Shown here: in pieces, positions 10,598 to 21,439 of the stretch | Numbering within the stretch: position 1 is the first letter of the stretch | How the letters are laid out: each line of letters begins with the position of its first letter | Made by a program: the position numbers and the translations under genes | DNA from: Thiohalomonadales bacterium | GTDB taxonomy: Bacteria > Pseudomonadota > Gammaproteobacteria > RBG-16-57-12 | Length of the DNA: 64,000 bases | Assembly: GCA_050295955.1 (NCBI GenBank) | Contig: JBNKQQ010000046.1 | Span: 5,205-69,204, forward strand | Direction of reading: 5' to 3' | Notes under the pieces: model-generated | Database searches by the model: none | Seen by the model: the letters and a program-made list of their open reading frames with translations, nothing else | Told to the model about the DNA's origin: nothing

Positions 10598-12033
10598 TAA
10601 TCCAGCTTCAGGGCAAGGAACAGAGGAGCTTTACCTCGCTGCACCAATAAACGCACACTCTTACCTGTTGGCAGATTTGCCTCAAGTTCGGAAAAATGAT
10701 CCACTCCCTTGATCTCCACATTATTGATCATCAAGATGATATCACCCTTGCGAATACCAGCCTCTCGCCCTGCCCCACCCTCCACATCCATCACATAGAC
10801 ACCATTTTCGGGCACATCGCTCTGCTTGCGCTGCTCATCATTCAACGAGGTTACTTGTAAGCCCAAGCGACCACCAACAATCTTAGAGCTTGCACTCTCC
10901 TCCTCAGCCAATACAGCATCCGGCAATTCCCCTAAAGTAATGCTCAGAGTCACAAGCTTGCCATTACGCACCACTTTTACATCCGAGGCGCTACCAACCC
11001 GGGTCATCCCAACAATAGGCGGCAAGCTGGAGGAACGAGGAACAGATTGACCATTGAATTCAATCACCACATCCCCAACCTTGATTCCCCCTTTCTCTGC
11101 TGGACTATTTGGCATTACCTGAGAAATCAGCGCACCTTCTGGTTTCTCCATATTCATAGACTCAGCCAAGTCACGGGTCACATCCTGAATCAATACACCC
11201 AACCAGCCACGAGAAACAAAGCCTTTATCCTTAAGTTGATCGACTACCGTCATCGCCACATCGATAGGAATTGCAAATGACAACCCCATAAAACCACCGG
11301 TACGGCTAAAAATTTGAGAATTCACCCCTATCACATTACCGTTGACATCAAATAGCGGTCCACCTGAATTACCTGGATTAATGGCAACATCTGTCTGAAT
11401 AAAGGGCACATAGTTCTCACGGGGAAGACTGCGGCCTGTTGCACTAACAATCCCCGCGGTTACCGTTGCCTCGAAGCCAAAGGGAGAGCCTATTGCCAAC
11501 ACCCACTCCCCCACTTTGACGTCATTAGAACGGGCCATTTTTACAGTCGGCAGATCCTCCGCCTCAATTTTCAATAGTGCGATATCACTCTTCTCATCAG
11601 AACCAATCACTGTTGCTTCAAGCTCCCGACGATCAGAAAGACGTACGATCACCTCTTCCGCGCCTTTGATTACATGGTGGTTGGTCAAAACATAACCATC
11701 CTCAGAGATAATGAACCCTGAGCCTAACGATTCACTGTTGAACTCCTCAAATTCCCTCTGCTTCCCTTCATCATCAAAGAAATGGCGAAATAGATCGCCA
11801 AACGGCCCCTCTGGCATATTCGGCATACCAAAGTGACGATCCATCTTGGGGTGTTTAATCTTTTGGGTCGTACTGATATTCACAATAGCTGGGCCATACT
11901 CATCCACCAGCTTGGTAAAATTTGGCAAACTGTTTTGCGCATAAGATTGAGACTGCACAAAGAGGAATAAAAACAGTGCTAACAGATACCATTTTGCCTG
12001 GCTAATACGCCCACTCAACATATCAACTCCCAA
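10597..12033 (-). CDS. mucD: Periplasmic serine endoprotease, DegP/MucD family
   Basis: Has a signal peptide, the catalytic blocks TNHHV and GNSGGPL, and two PDZ-like regions. It is the last large gene of the rpoE-rseABC cluster, as in algU-mucABCD. Confidence 0.93.
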   Translation of the reverse strand: MGVDMLSGRISQAKWYLLALFLFLFVQSQSYAQNSLPNFTKLVDEYGPAIVNISTTQKIKHPKMDRHFGMPNMPEGPFGDLFRHFFDDEGKQREFEEFNSESLGSGFIISEDGYVLTNHHVIKGAEEVIVRLSDRRELEATVIGSDEKSDIALLKIEAEDLPTVKMARSNDVKVGEWVLAIGSPFGFEATVTAGIVSATGRSLPRENYVPFIQTDVAINPGNSGGPLFDVNGNVIGVNSQIFSRTGGFMGLSFAIPIDVAMTVVDQLKDKGFVSRGWLGVLIQDVTRDLAESMNMEKPEGALISQVMPNSPAEKGGIKVGDVVIEFNGQSVPRSSSLPPIVGMTRVGSASDVKVVRNGKLVTLSITLGELPDAVLAEEESASSKIVGGRLGLQVTSLNDEQRKQSDVPENGVYVMDVEGGAGREAGIRKGDIILMINNVEIKGVDHFSELEANLPTGKSVRLLVQRGKAPLFLALKLD

Positions 12034-12042
12034 ACTCTCAAT

Positions 12043-12507
12043 TTAGTTATGAAAAGAAATAAAATCGGACTGTGGATTCCCATCACTGCGCAGCACCACA
12101 GCCTGAAAACGCACATCCTCAGCAACCCGCTCGCTAAAGCGCTTCAATAGAAAGAAACCTGATAGAAGTCCGGCAAGACCACCCAAAATGGTCAAACCCT
12201 CATTGGCAAACATACCTTCAGCAATCACAGCACCAAGCAGCATTACTAGCAAAGGCATAAGATAAGCATAGAGAGACCCCTTCAATAACGCCTGCTCCTG
12301 CAAACCAATCACTACACAATCACCCTCTTTTGCCTGAGCCCGATTCAAGGCTTTGAGCTGACTACGTTTATTGCCCATCACTTTCTGCAGAGTCGCAGTA
12401 CCACATCCTTTATTAGCAGCACAGCTACCGCAACTGGATTGTCGCTCTCTCTCAACCCAAGCGTAGCTACCCTCGACCTTAACAACAACCGCACTCTCCT
12501 CAATCAT
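12043..12507 (-). CDS. rseC: Sigma-E factor regulatory protein RseC/MucC
   Basis: MIEESAVVVKVEG...SCGSCAANKGCG followed by two TM helices matches RseC. I place the start at the internal ATG at 12507; the ORF track extends to 12528. Confidence 0.85.
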   Translation of the reverse strand: MIEESAVVVKVEGSYAWVERERQSSCGSCAANKGCGTATLQKVMGNKRSQLKALNRAQAKEGDCVVIGLQEQALLKGSLYAYLMPLLVMLLGAVIAEGMFANEGLTILGGLAGLLSGFFLLKRFSERVAEDVRFQAVVLRSDGNPQSDFISFHN

Positions 12508-13462
12508 TGCCCACCACCGACTCAGCAATCAATTTTACCGTCGCTTGTGGCACATCACCCACGACAATCACCTGACTACCGTTAATAACACGTCCAAAGC
12601 CATTTAACCCTCCCATTCGGAAATCACCGATGCGAAAGTCTTTCTTCTGGACAATAGATTCAATGAAAACAGAGATAGAGGCAAGTCCGTCAGAAACCAA
12701 TAGATGTTCAACAGGCTTTCCACCCACCTCTTCAGGGGGGCGCAAACGACGAGACTTAAGCACAAACCCAGAAGGAAGATGCTGAACACTCCAGTCACCT
12801 GGAATGTTTTCATCCATCGCAACCGGTGGTTCCTGACGGAACCACTGATATCCTTTCAGATCAAGACTGGGAGACAACAATTCGTGAGGGATCTTATCGA
12901 CCACCTGAATATTGGTAAACATAATTCGCTCCACCACCTCACCTTCGCCATTGATGAGATCAGAGCGCAGCAATAGTCCCTCTGGAGAGACCCAGAAACG
13001 GTAGCCATAGCGGTAAATATCTTTTGGTTGTAGGTCAATAACCTGGGTATCAATACCTGCAATACGTTGCTGGCCATTCAGTGAGAGATTGTAATATTCC
13101 TCAAAAATGCTCAAGCTTTCAGCCTGAACCAATGGGGAAGTGGAGAGGTGATTACGATGAGCAACAAGCACGCTTTGCTCTTCAGGAAAGATACAGGTGA
13201 CCAGATCATTGTTGCGGATTACTTCGCGGGCCGCACCATTTAAGTGTATTAATCGTTCTCGCTCCCCCTCTTCCCCTGCAGCATGGATTACGCGCATTCC
13301 CTCCAATTGCTCACCATGAGCATAGACAAAAGTACCATGGTAATTTAGGCTCTTTTGTGCTTCACCAATACGCTTAAGCCATGTGAGCGCATCATTAGTC
13401 TGTGCAAGAACCAGCGTCGGCCAGACCACTAATAGTCCACAAAACAACCACACTCGTAACAT
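12500..13462 (-). CDS. rseB: Sigma-E regulatory protein RseB/MucB
   Basis: 320 aa with a signal peptide and the block AQKSLNYHGTFVY, comparable to the RseB SLNYE block. It lies between rseA and rseC. Confidence 0.9.
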   Translation of the reverse strand: MLRVWLFCGLLVVWPTLVLAQTNDALTWLKRIGEAQKSLNYHGTFVYAHGEQLEGMRVIHAAGEEGERERLIHLNGAAREVIRNNDLVTCIFPEEQSVLVAHRNHLSTSPLVQAESLSIFEEYYNLSLNGQQRIAGIDTQVIDLQPKDIYRYGYRFWVSPEGLLLRSDLINGEGEVVERIMFTNIQVVDKIPHELLSPSLDLKGYQWFRQEPPVAMDENIPGDWSVQHLPSGFVLKSRRLRPPEEVGGKPVEHLLVSDGLASISVFIESIVQKKDFRIGDFRMGGLNGFGRVINGSQVIVVGDVPQATVKLIAESVVGND

Positions 13463-13465
13463 TGA

Positions 13466-14035
13466 CTATTTCTGCTCCTGCTTCTGCTGCCCTACAATAC
13501 GCGCATACGGCAGCACACCGTGCACACTGGCACTCACGGCATACTCACTATGATCAACCAAGTATTTATTGAGGCGGGGATCAGGAGCACGATTTGCTGC
13601 CGCAGCAGTGGTGGTGGAGCTATCCGCGACTACCGCACCGCTCACAACCGCAGAATCAGTCTGCGCCAAGTTCTGTGGCTGCAACTCATTTTGTTGAGTT
13701 GCCATCGTCATGACCCCAACCACACCAAAAACGGCAACGGAGGCTGCAACCGCCATTCCGGTAATACGGCGCCCAAAACCAGAGGAGGCAACTTTCAACT
13801 CACCCAGCACAGGCTCATCCTGCAATGCATCACGCACCCTGGCTGAAATATCCACCATTGGCTGTGCCGGCAACTGCTGCTTCATTGCATCGCTAATGAG
13901 GTGATACTCTTGCCACTTGCGACGCAACACCTCATCGTTTGAAATTCGCTTGCAAAGAAACGCAACCTCTTGTTGAGACACCTCCCCATCCATGAAGGAT
14001 GAAACCTGGCTCTTCACCTGCTCATTTTGCTCCAT
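13466..14035 (-). CDS. rseA: Anti-sigma-E factor RseA/MucA
   Basis: The N-terminal SSFMDGEV...KWQEYHLISDAM matches the RseA N-domain. There is a central TM segment. It lies directly downstream of rpoE. Confidence 0.9.
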   Translation of the reverse strand: MEQNEQVKSQVSSFMDGEVSQQEVAFLCKRISNDEVLRRKWQEYHLISDAMKQQLPAQPMVDISARVRDALQDEPVLGELKVASSGFGRRITGMAVAASVAVFGVVGVMTMATQQNELQPQNLAQTDSAVVSGAVVADSSTTTAAAANRAPDPRLNKYLVDHSEYAVSASVHGVLPYARIVGQQKQEQK

Positions 14036-14052
14036 TTGTACCGCCCCCTTGG

Positions 14053-14631
14053 TTATTCACCTGAAAGTGCCCGCAACTTTTCCCCTACGGCCTCTCGGGC
14101 ACGGAAAATACGCGAACGAACTGTACCGACTGGACACTCCATTACCTCGGCAATCTCTTCATAACTCATACCTTCAAATTCACGCAAAGTGAGCGCTGTG
14201 CGCAAATCATCAGGCAAATTCTCTATCGTTTCGAAAACGGTTCTTTCCACCTCATCCTTAGCCAGTAGATTATCGGGGGTAGCTACATCATCTAATCCCC
14301 ATTCAGTCTCACGAGAGCCCATCTCCTCGGCATCAATACCCACATCGCTCAGGCGACGTTGGCGGGAAGAAAGAAAATTTTTAGCGGTATTGGTCGCAAT
14401 CCGGTAGAGCCAGGTATAGAAAGCACTATCACCACGAAAATTGGGAAGAGCGCGGTAAGCCTTGATGAACGCATCCTGAGTTACATCCAATGCGTCACTG
14501 GGCTCTTTCACATAGCGCGAGACAAGCTTAATAATCTTATGCTGATACTTAAGCACCAACAGATCAAATGCTGACTTATCCCCATTTTGAACTCTTTGCA
14601 CCAACTCCCGATCAGTGAAATTTTCACTCAT
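14053..14631 (-). CDS. rpoE: ECF RNA polymerase sigma factor sigma-E
   Basis: MSENFTDRELVQRVQNGDKSAFDLLVLKYQHKI is nearly identical in pattern to the E. coli RpoE N-terminus. Confidence 0.97.
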   Translation of the reverse strand: MSENFTDRELVQRVQNGDKSAFDLLVLKYQHKIIKLVSRYVKEPSDALDVTQDAFIKAYRALPNFRGDSAFYTWLYRIATNTAKNFLSSRQRRLSDVGIDAEEMGSRETEWGLDDVATPDNLLAKDEVERTVFETIENLPDDLRTALTLREFEGMSYEEIAEVMECPVGTVRSRIFRAREAVGEKLRALSGE

Positions 14632-14673
14632 CCGGGTTTCACTCCTTTCCCGTCATTCGAACAACATGAGCAG

Positions 14674-14701
14674 TATGACTAGGGTAATTTAATTTAGTTC
14701 G
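14674..14701 (-). promoter_or_regulatory. Candidate sigma-E-dependent (autoregulated) promoter of rpoE
   Basis: On the minus strand: cGAACTa, a 16-nt spacer, TCATA, about 43 nt upstream of the rpoE ATG. The consensus I recall is GGAACTT-N16-TCAAA. Confidence 0.35.
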
Positions 14702-14774
14702 ATATCATTAGCAGGTTTATTACACACTATACTAGAATCTCTGACACATCGACTACAATATCTGAAGTTTTACC

Positions 14775-16391
14775 ATGACCCCATCCCCCCACTGTGACGT
14801 TCTTATTATTGGCAGCGGCGCCGCCGGCCTAAGTCTTGCGCTCCATATGGCACATACAGCCAAGGTGTCGGTACTCTCCAAAAGCCATCTCCGAGAGGGG
14901 GCTACCTATTACGCACAAGGTGGCGTATCTGCTGTATTAGATGAAAATGACTCTATCGAGTCTCACGTCACAGACACCTTGGATGCGGGTGCAGGGCTCT
15001 GTAATGAAGCCGTGGTTCGCCATACAGTCACCCATGGGGCAGAGCAAATTCACTGGCTCGAGTGCCAGGGAATGCCTTTCACCCGCTTCAAAGACAGCAC
15101 TAGCGGCGCGCTCCACCTTACTCGGGAAGGAGGCCACAGCCATCGCCGGGTAGCCCATGCCGATGATGCAACAGGTAGAGCGATGGAGCTGACTCTGGAA
15201 AGCCAAGTACGCAATCATCCCAATATCAAGCTTTACGAACACCATATCGCAATTGACTTAATCACCAGCTCAAAAATGGGAATTGATGACAACCGGGTCC
15301 ATGGCGCTTATGTACTGGATAAACAGCACAATCGCGTGGAGACCTTCAGTGCCCGCAATGTCGTTCTGGCAACAGGAGGGGCCAGCAAGGTATACCTCTA
15401 CACCAGCAATCCCGATGTCTCCACTGGGGATGGCATTGCCATGGCTTGGCGGGCCGGTTGCCGTGTTGCCAACATGGAATTTATCCAATTTCATCCCACC
15501 TGTCTCTATCATCCCAAGGCAAAATCATTCTTGGTAACAGAAGCCCTTCGTGGTGAAGGCGCCACACTTCAGCTGGAGAACGGCGAGCGCTTTATGCCCC
15601 GTTATGATGAACGAGCCGAGCTGGCTCCTCGTGATATTGTTGCACGCGCTATCGATGCCGAGATGAAGCGCCTGGGCAGTGACTGCGTTTATCTGGATAT
15701 CACCCACAAGCCAGCCAGCTTCATCGTTGAGCACTTCCCCAATATTTATCAACGCTGTCTAAAATATGGCATAGACATCACTTGTGAGCGGATCCCTGTA
15801 GTACCTGCCGCTCACTACACTTGTGGTGGCATTATGACCGACCTTAAAGGACGCACCGATATTAAGGGACTATATGCCATAGGAGAAGCCTCCTACACAG
15901 GGCTTCATGGTGCCAATCGCATGGCTAGCAACTCCCTACTAGAATGCCTAGTATATGCCTCAGCCGCCGCTGAAGATATTCAACAAAACCTTGCACAACT
16001 CTACGAAGTCATCACACCTCCTCAGTGGGATGAAAGTCAGGTCACCAAGGCTCGTGAGGCTGTATTGGTCTCCCACAACTGGGACGAACTGCGCCGCTGC
16101 ATGTGGGATTACGTTGGTATCGTGCGCAACAATAAGCGCTTGCAGCATGCCAAACGTCGTATCGATCTTTTGAAGGGTGAGATTGATGAGCACTACAGTC
16201 ACTACTGCATCAGCAATGACCTGATCGAGCTGCGTAACTTGGTCATCATCGCAGAACTGATTGTCGAAAGCGCCCTGCGCCGCAAAGAGAGTCGAGGTCT
16301 GCACTACACTCAGGATTATCCAGAGTGTGATAACAGCCGCACACCTAGCCCGACCATTCTGACTCCGGTGAATGCCCCGCTTCCATCCTAA
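14775..16391 (+). CDS. nadB: L-aspartate oxidase
   Basis: 538 aa with the FAD motif [12 protein letters not shown] and a fumarate reductase/succinate dehydrogenase flavoprotein-like core. It is divergent from rpoE, as in E. coli and Pseudomonas. Confidence 0.96.
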   Translation: MTPSPHCDVLIIGSGAAGLSLALHMAHTAKVSVLSKSHLREGATYYAQGGVSAVLDENDSIESHVTDTLDAGAGLCNEAVVRHTVTHGAEQIHWLECQGMPFTRFKDSTSGALHLTREGGHSHRRVAHADDATGRAMELTLESQVRNHPNIKLYEHHIAIDLITSSKMGIDDNRVHGAYVLDKQHNRVETFSARNVVLATGGASKVYLYTSNPDVSTGDGIAMAWRAGCRVANMEFIQFHPTCLYHPKAKSFLVTEALRGEGATLQLENGERFMPRYDERAELAPRDIVARAIDAEMKRLGSDCVYLDITHKPASFIVEHFPNIYQRCLKYGIDITCERIPVVPAAHYTCGGIMTDLKGRTDIKGLYAIGEASYTGLHGANRMASNSLLECLVYASAAAEDIQQNLAQLYEVITPPQWDESQVTKAREAVLVSHNWDELRRCMWDYVGIVRNNKRLQHAKRRIDLLKGEIDEHYSHYCISNDLIELRNLVIIAELIVESALRRKESRGLHYTQDYPECDNSRTPSPTILTPVNAPLPS

Positions 16392-16803
16392 GGCGAACCC
16401 GCAAGCGACGCAGCTGCTCCCTATCCGCCGAATCTGGGAGCAGCACTAAATTGAAGCCAGTAGAGAAATTAAGCACTACCAACTGGGGATAATTAACACT
16501 CTGCCTCAACCCCTGGCAAGTCATCTGCGATCCATCTCGCCGCCACAGACTCCACTCATCTTCCTCATACCATGCCAAACGCACAATAGCTCGAGGATCA
16601 TTTCGTTTGACACTCAGCCGCCAGTGGCGATAACCATCAAACGACAAGAGACAAAGAAGCGGAATAACAAACCAAACCGATAGAGGCAAGAAAAACAGCA
16701 ATGCGCCGGCACCACCATAACTCAACAGCAATAAGCAGGCTAAATAACGGGAAGAGGTTAACTCAATGAATAAGGGGCTGATCTTTGATACGCTGGATGA
16801 CAT
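16345..16803 (-). CDS. ygfX: YgfX/CptA-like inner membrane protein (DUF1434)
   Basis: Two TM helices followed by W...W and a C-terminal [15 protein letters not shown], resembling the E. coli YgfX tail DSMDEAEWRDLRRIL. It lies directly downstream of sdhE. I place the start at the internal ATG at 16803; the ORF track extends to 16941. Confidence 0.65.
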   Translation of the reverse strand: MSSSVSKISPLFIELTSSRYLACLLLLSYGGAGALLFFLPLSVWFVIPLLCLLSFDGYRHWRLSVKRNDPRAIVRLAWYEEDEWSLWRRDGSQMTCQGLRQSVNYPQLVVLNFSTGFNLVLLPDSADREQLRRLRVRLRMEAGHSPESEWSG

Positions 16804-17008
16804 CGGCAATCCTTGCCTCTTCCACCTGAGCCTCACCAAACAGCAACTCTTGCAGCTGCTGGTCCTGATACCCAAGCAATTCCTGAAAAGCCTGCTGCAC
16901 TGAAGCTGACTCACTTTCGTAGCAATTATCCAAAAAGCCACCTAACATCAGATCCAGCTCCAGCATGCCGCGCCGGCACCGCCATTTCAGACGTGACAAC
17001 TCGCTCAT
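16763..17008 (-). CDS. sdhE: FAD assembly factor SdhE (YgfY/CptB)
   Basis: 81 aa with RLKWRCRRGMLELDLML, the RGxxE motif region of SdhE. Its start overlaps the sdhB stop (ATGA). Confidence 0.9.
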   Translation of the reverse strand: MSELSRLKWRCRRGMLELDLMLGGFLDNCYESESASVQQAFQELLGYQDQQLQELLFGEAQVEEARIADVIQRIKDQPLIH

Positions 17009-17697
17009 ACAGAATGTTTCAACATCAACGTCTTGATGTTGCCTATCGCCTTAGTGGGATTAAGTTCCTTAGGACAGACATTCACACAATTCATAATGGT
17101 ATGACAACGATAAAGACGGTATGGCCCCTCCAGCTCATCCAAACGGATCGCAGTTGCCTGATCCCGACTATCCGCCAAAAAGCGCCATGCCTGAAGCAAT
17201 GCTGCAGGCCCCCGAAATTTATCCGGGTTCCACCAAAATGAGGGACAGGAGGTAGAACAGCAACCGCAAAGGATACACTCATATAGCCCATCCAACTTAT
17301 CCCGCTCCTCGGGAGACTGCAATACCTCGGTTTCAGGCTCTGGATCATGGCGAATCAGGTATGGCTTCACCGCACGGTATTGGTGGAAAAACTGACTCAT
17401 ATCAACAATCAAGTCACGAATAATCGGCATTCCCGGCACTGGACGGATCTCAATAGGCTCTTTCAAATCACTGATCGAAGTAATACATGAGAGTCCATTG
17501 GTACCATTGATATTCAATGCATCCGAGCCACATACCCCTTCACCACAGGAGTAACGCACGCCAAGTGTCTCATCCTGAGCACGAATTGCCTTCAGCGCAT
17601 CGAGTAACTTCATGCCCGGTGTAACATTGACCTCATACTCTTGCATATAAGGCTTTTTATCCGTCTCTGGATTAAAACGTTGGATCAGGAATCGCAT
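17005..17697 (-). CDS. sdhB: Succinate dehydrogenase iron-sulfur subunit
   Basis: Cys clusters CGEGVCGSDA, CILCGCCSTSCP and CHTIMNCVNVCPK. Confidence 0.96.
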   Translation of the reverse strand: MRFLIQRFNPETDKKPYMQEYEVNVTPGMKLLDALKAIRAQDETLGVRYSCGEGVCGSDALNINGTNGLSCITSISDLKEPIEIRPVPGMPIIRDLIVDMSQFFHQYRAVKPYLIRHDPEPETEVLQSPEERDKLDGLYECILCGCCSTSCPSFWWNPDKFRGPAALLQAWRFLADSRDQATAIRLDELEGPYRLYRCHTIMNCVNVCPKELNPTKAIGNIKTLMLKHSV

Positions 17698-17712
17698 AAT
17701 TACCTCTTGTGA

Positions 17713-19476
17713 TCAATAGACCCGTGGTTTGGGTGGGAAGGAGTCAACCGTTAACGGCTTCATACGTACTGGCTTGTACTCCATACGCAGATCATCGGTA
17801 AAACAGAGGCTATGTTTTAACCAGTGAACATCATCCCGCTCAGGGTGATCAGTGCGGGAGTGGGCACCACGGCTTTCAGTACGGGCAGCAGCAGACATCA
17901 CAGTTGCCAGCGCCACTTCCACTAGGTTCTCCAGCTCTAGCGCCTCGATACGAGCTGTATTGAATACCTTACTGTGGTCCTGCAAACGCACATCTTTCAG
18001 GCGCTCACGAATCTGCATCACCTTCTCCACTCCCTGATCCAGAATCGTTTGATTACGGAACACACCACAGTAATCTTCCATCGTCTTCTGTAGTTCAGCC
18101 TTAAGGGCTGCCACACTTTCACCCTCTCCCTGCTGATCCCAGCGGGACAAACGAGATAACGCCCTTTCCACGCTTTCCATATCCAGAAGACGGTGTTGAC
18201 GGTTCTCTTTCAGGTATTCGATGATGTGGTTACCCGCCGCCCGGCCAAACACCACAATATCCAGCAAGGAGTTGCCACCCAGACGGTTAGCGCCATGCAC
18301 CGAAACGCAAGCACACTCACCTGCCGCATATAGCCCTGGAACAACCTCTTCAGGAGAGCTACCCATTGGAGATACCACCTGACCAAAGCGGTTAGTCGGA
18401 ATGCCTCCCATGGTGTAATGGGCAGTTGGATAGATAGGAATCGGCTCAAAGGCAGGATCGACCCCCAGGAAGGTTTTGGCCGTCTGACGAATACCTGGCA
18501 AGCGTTTCTGGACCACCTCTTCCCCGAGGTGGTCCAGCTTCAGCAATACATAGTCGCCATTTTCACCACAACCACGTCCCTCTTTTACCTCGGTATAGAT
18601 GGAGCGACTCACCACATCTCGGGAAGCAAGATCTTTAGCATGGGGGGCATAACGCTCCATAAAGCGCTCCCCATCCTTATTAAGAAGATAGCCTCCCTCT
18701 CCACGGGCCCCTTCGGTAATCAACATCCCCTTACCGGCGATACCAGTAGGATGGAACTGGAAGAACTCCATGTCCTGCAAGGGAATACCGGCACGTAGCG
18801 CCATTCCCAGGCCATCCCCGGTATTGATACGGGCATTGGTATTGGTACGGAAAATCTGGCCTGCACCACCCGTTGCCAACAGTGTGGTCTTAGCCTCGAT
18901 AATCAACGGCTCACCCGTCTCGATCTCTAATACAACAGCCCCTAGAATAGCGCCGGACTGGTCACGAATCAGATCGATAGCAAAATACTCATCGAAGAAA
19001 TGGGTCTTAGCATGGATATTCTGCTGATAAAGGGTATGAAGAATGGCGTGTCCAGTACGGTCAGCGGCTGCACAAGTTCGGGCAGCCTGGTCACCACCAA
19101 AGTTCTGACTCTGACCACCAAAGGGGCGCTGATAAATCTTGCCGTTATCTAAGCGAGAGAATGGCACTCCGGCATGCTCCAACTCGATAACCAGCTTGGA
19201 GGCGGCACGACACATATACTCAATAGCATCTTGATCCCCCAGATAATCGCTACCTTTAATGGTATCGTACATATGCCAATGCCAATTGTCTGGCAAAACA
19301 TTGGCCAGTGCCGCATTAATCCCCCCCTGAGCCGCCACGGTATGGGAACGAGTGGGAAACACCTTTGAGACCACCGCCACATTGGCCTCAGCCTGGGAAA
19401 GTTGTAACGCGGCTCTCAGGCCTCCGCCACCGGAACCAATTACCAGGGCGTCAAATCGTCTTCTTGCTATGCTCAT
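17713..19476 (-). CDS. sdhA: Succinate dehydrogenase flavoprotein subunit
   Basis: [25 protein letters not shown] aligns with the E. coli SdhA N-terminus. [10 protein letters not shown] carries the FAD-linking His. The start at 19476 overlaps the sdhD stop (ATGA); the ORF track extends to 19512. Confidence 0.96.
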   Translation of the reverse strand: MSIARRRFDALVIGSGGGGLRAALQLSQAEANVAVVSKVFPTRSHTVAAQGGINAALANVLPDNWHWHMYDTIKGSDYLGDQDAIEYMCRAASKLVIELEHAGVPFSRLDNGKIYQRPFGGQSQNFGGDQAARTCAAADRTGHAILHTLYQQNIHAKTHFFDEYFAIDLIRDQSGAILGAVVLEIETGEPLIIEAKTTLLATGGAGQIFRTNTNARINTGDGLGMALRAGIPLQDMEFFQFHPTGIAGKGMLITEGARGEGGYLLNKDGERFMERYAPHAKDLASRDVVSRSIYTEVKEGRGCGENGDYVLLKLDHLGEEVVQKRLPGIRQTAKTFLGVDPAFEPIPIYPTAHYTMGGIPTNRFGQVVSPMGSSPEEVVPGLYAAGECACVSVHGANRLGGNSLLDIVVFGRAAGNHIIEYLKENRQHRLLDMESVERALSRLSRWDQQGEGESVAALKAELQKTMEDYCGVFRNQTILDQGVEKVMQIRERLKDVRLQDHSKVFNTARIEALELENLVEVALATVMSAAARTESRGAHSRTDHPERDDVHWLKHSLCFTDDLRMEYKPVRMKPLTVDSFPPKPRVY

Positions 19477-19820
19477 AGGGAAATCACTACAAATAGTGCC
19501 CGGAATACCCAAAGGCCCAGGCCAATCAAAACCGTCCCCAATGCCACCAGCAACAACACCCGAATAACGACATTGTGGATATAATCAAGAATCACATCAC
19601 GCAAGCCCACCCATACGTGAATGAACAAACCGACAAAAAACATGGCCGTCGCCATCCACACAACAGGATTTGCAAACAAATCCCGCCATGCCTGATAGTC
19701 ACTAGGGGGGCAACTGGCGATACCCATCAGGAATGCCAGCAGGAAAACCAACATATAAACCGCACTGATGCGCTGCATCAGCCAAGGACGAAAGCCTCCT
19801 AATCCCCATCTCATAGCCAT
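19473..19820 (-). CDS. sdhD: Succinate dehydrogenase membrane anchor subunit
   Basis: A three-TM small protein between sdhC and sdhA. The start is the ATG at 19820 or 19814; the latter forms an ATGA overlap with the sdhC stop. Confidence 0.85.
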   Translation of the reverse strand: MAMRWGLGGFRPWLMQRISAVYMLVFLLAFLMGIASCPPSDYQAWRDLFANPVVWMATAMFFVGLFIHVWVGLRDVILDYIHNVVIRVLLLVALGTVLIGLGLWVFRALFVVISL

Positions 19821-20197
19821 ATCACCATTATTGCAATAACCAGGATGATCGCGGCCCCACCATGGGTAAGCCAAGCGGTCTGCCGTGCAACAGACCTCGT
19901 CACACCAATATCCAGATCAATCAGTAGGAAGCGCACCCCGGCAATCATATGATGCCCCAATGCCCAGGCAGCTGCAGTCAACATCACCTTTAGCAAAGGC
20001 AACTGTAATAAAGCCTGCACTTCAGCAAACCCCTGAGGACTACGCAGAGAGAGATCAAAAAGGTAGATGAGCAATGGAATAGATATTGCTAACAATACAC
20101 CAGTGATACGATGGAATATCGAAACTATCCCGGTCACAGGCAAGCGAATCTTCGTCAAATTAAGGAAAACGGGCCGTTGCTTATTATTATTCATCAA
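19811..20197 (-). CDS. sdhC: Succinate dehydrogenase cytochrome b556 subunit
   Basis: 128 aa with three TM helices and the heme-ligand region SIFHRITG. It is the first gene of sdhCDAB. Confidence 0.9.
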   Translation of the reverse strand: MMNNNKQRPVFLNLTKIRLPVTGIVSIFHRITGVLLAISIPLLIYLFDLSLRSPQGFAEVQALLQLPLLKVMLTAAAWALGHHMIAGVRFLLIDLDIGVTRSVARQTAWLTHGGAAIILVIAIMVIWL

Positions 20198-20319
20198 TGA
20201 TTACGACACTTGTTATTTAGAATGACTTGCCTCAATTTATCCGGCAAGTAAATATAGTATTATCACTGGATTGGCTTTTGTCCACCCCAATTCTCCTTCA
20301 CCTATGATGGGATAACGTA

Positions 20320-21363
20320 ATGAAAGATAACTGGAAAGCATTTTTAGAACATGACGCAGGTGCGGTATTTGCAAACGGCATCGTCGCCCATTTCGGCAAC
20401 CCGGAACGTGAATCACGGGTATCGACCGTTGGAAATACCCTCATGGACCTCAGTCAATTGGGCCTAATTGGTGTTCATGGAGAGGACGCTCTGGGCTTTC
20501 TGCAGAATCTATTCTGCAACGATGTACGGGATGTAACAGAGACGCATAGTCAACTCAGCGCATTCTGTACGGCAAAAGGCCGCATCATTGCCAACTTCCG
20601 TCTCTTTATGCGCGGAGATAGCTACTACTTACAGCTCCCAGCCTCACAGATTGAACCCATTCTCAAAAAGTTAATGATGTATAAGCTGAGAGCAAAAGTT
20701 GACATTGTGGATGCCAGCAACAGCTTTATCACCATTGGTTGCAGTGGGCCAACCATCGAGCAGGAGCTAAGCGCAATCCGCCCTCAACTCCCCAAAGGGA
20801 ATGATGAGGTAATACAACAGGATAAGCTAACTATCATCCGAGTTCCCGGTCAATTTCCTCGCTTCCAATTGATAGGCGAATTTGATGAGATCAAATCCGC
20901 TTGGCAACGACTGGATGTTCAAGGCGCCCCGGTAGGCAGCTACCAATGGCAACTACATGATATTCTCAATGGCATACCCAATATCTACCCAGAAACCAGC
21001 GAAGCATTTGTACCACAAACCGCCAATATGCATCGCATCGGCGCCCTCAGCTTCACCAAAGGCTGCTATCCGGGACAAGAGGTAGTAGCCCGCTCCCAAT
21101 ATCTTGGCAAACTCAAACGCAGCATGTATTTGGCTCACCTTGACAATCATGAGGGTGCCAAACCTGGCGATGAGATCATCAACAAAGAGAGTGGTGAAAT
21201 TTCAGGTAAAGTTGTTGATTGTCAGCCATCTGCTGATGAGGGGTTTGAGCTGTTGGCAGTACTGCGTATTGAAGATGCAGAAAGTGCCGCCCTTTCGCTG
21301 GCAAGCAACCATGAAGACGTTGTAAAAATAGGTAAACTTCCCTATCAAACAACCGATGAATAG
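20320..21363 (+). CDS. ygfZ: Folate-binding Fe-S cluster repair / tRNA-modifying protein YgfZ
   Basis: 347 aa with a GcvT-like fold and the diagnostic KGCYPGQE motif. Confidence 0.9.
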   Translation: MKDNWKAFLEHDAGAVFANGIVAHFGNPERESRVSTVGNTLMDLSQLGLIGVHGEDALGFLQNLFCNDVRDVTETHSQLSAFCTAKGRIIANFRLFMRGDSYYLQLPASQIEPILKKLMMYKLRAKVDIVDASNSFITIGCSGPTIEQELSAIRPQLPKGNDEVIQQDKLTIIRVPGQFPRFQLIGEFDEIKSAWQRLDVQGAPVGSYQWQLHDILNGIPNIYPETSEAFVPQTANMHRIGALSFTKGCYPGQEVVARSQYLGKLKRSMYLAHLDNHEGAKPGDEIINKESGEISGKVVDCQPSADEGFELLAVLRIEDAESAALSLASNHEDVVKIGKLPYQTTDE

Positions 21364-21439
21364 GCATAAGCAAAAGAAATGGCCTGCCAAAGGCAAAAAT
21401 AACAATAACTGCCAACGGCATATAGGAAGGACTTAAAGT

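Noticed and set aside
16763-17008. sdhE-ygfX considered as a CptB/CptA toxin-antitoxin or defence module.
   Set aside because: The pair is embedded by overlapping codons in the sdhCDAB operon, which fits the housekeeping flavinylation role of SdhE. Nothing in the context suggests a mobile or defence island.
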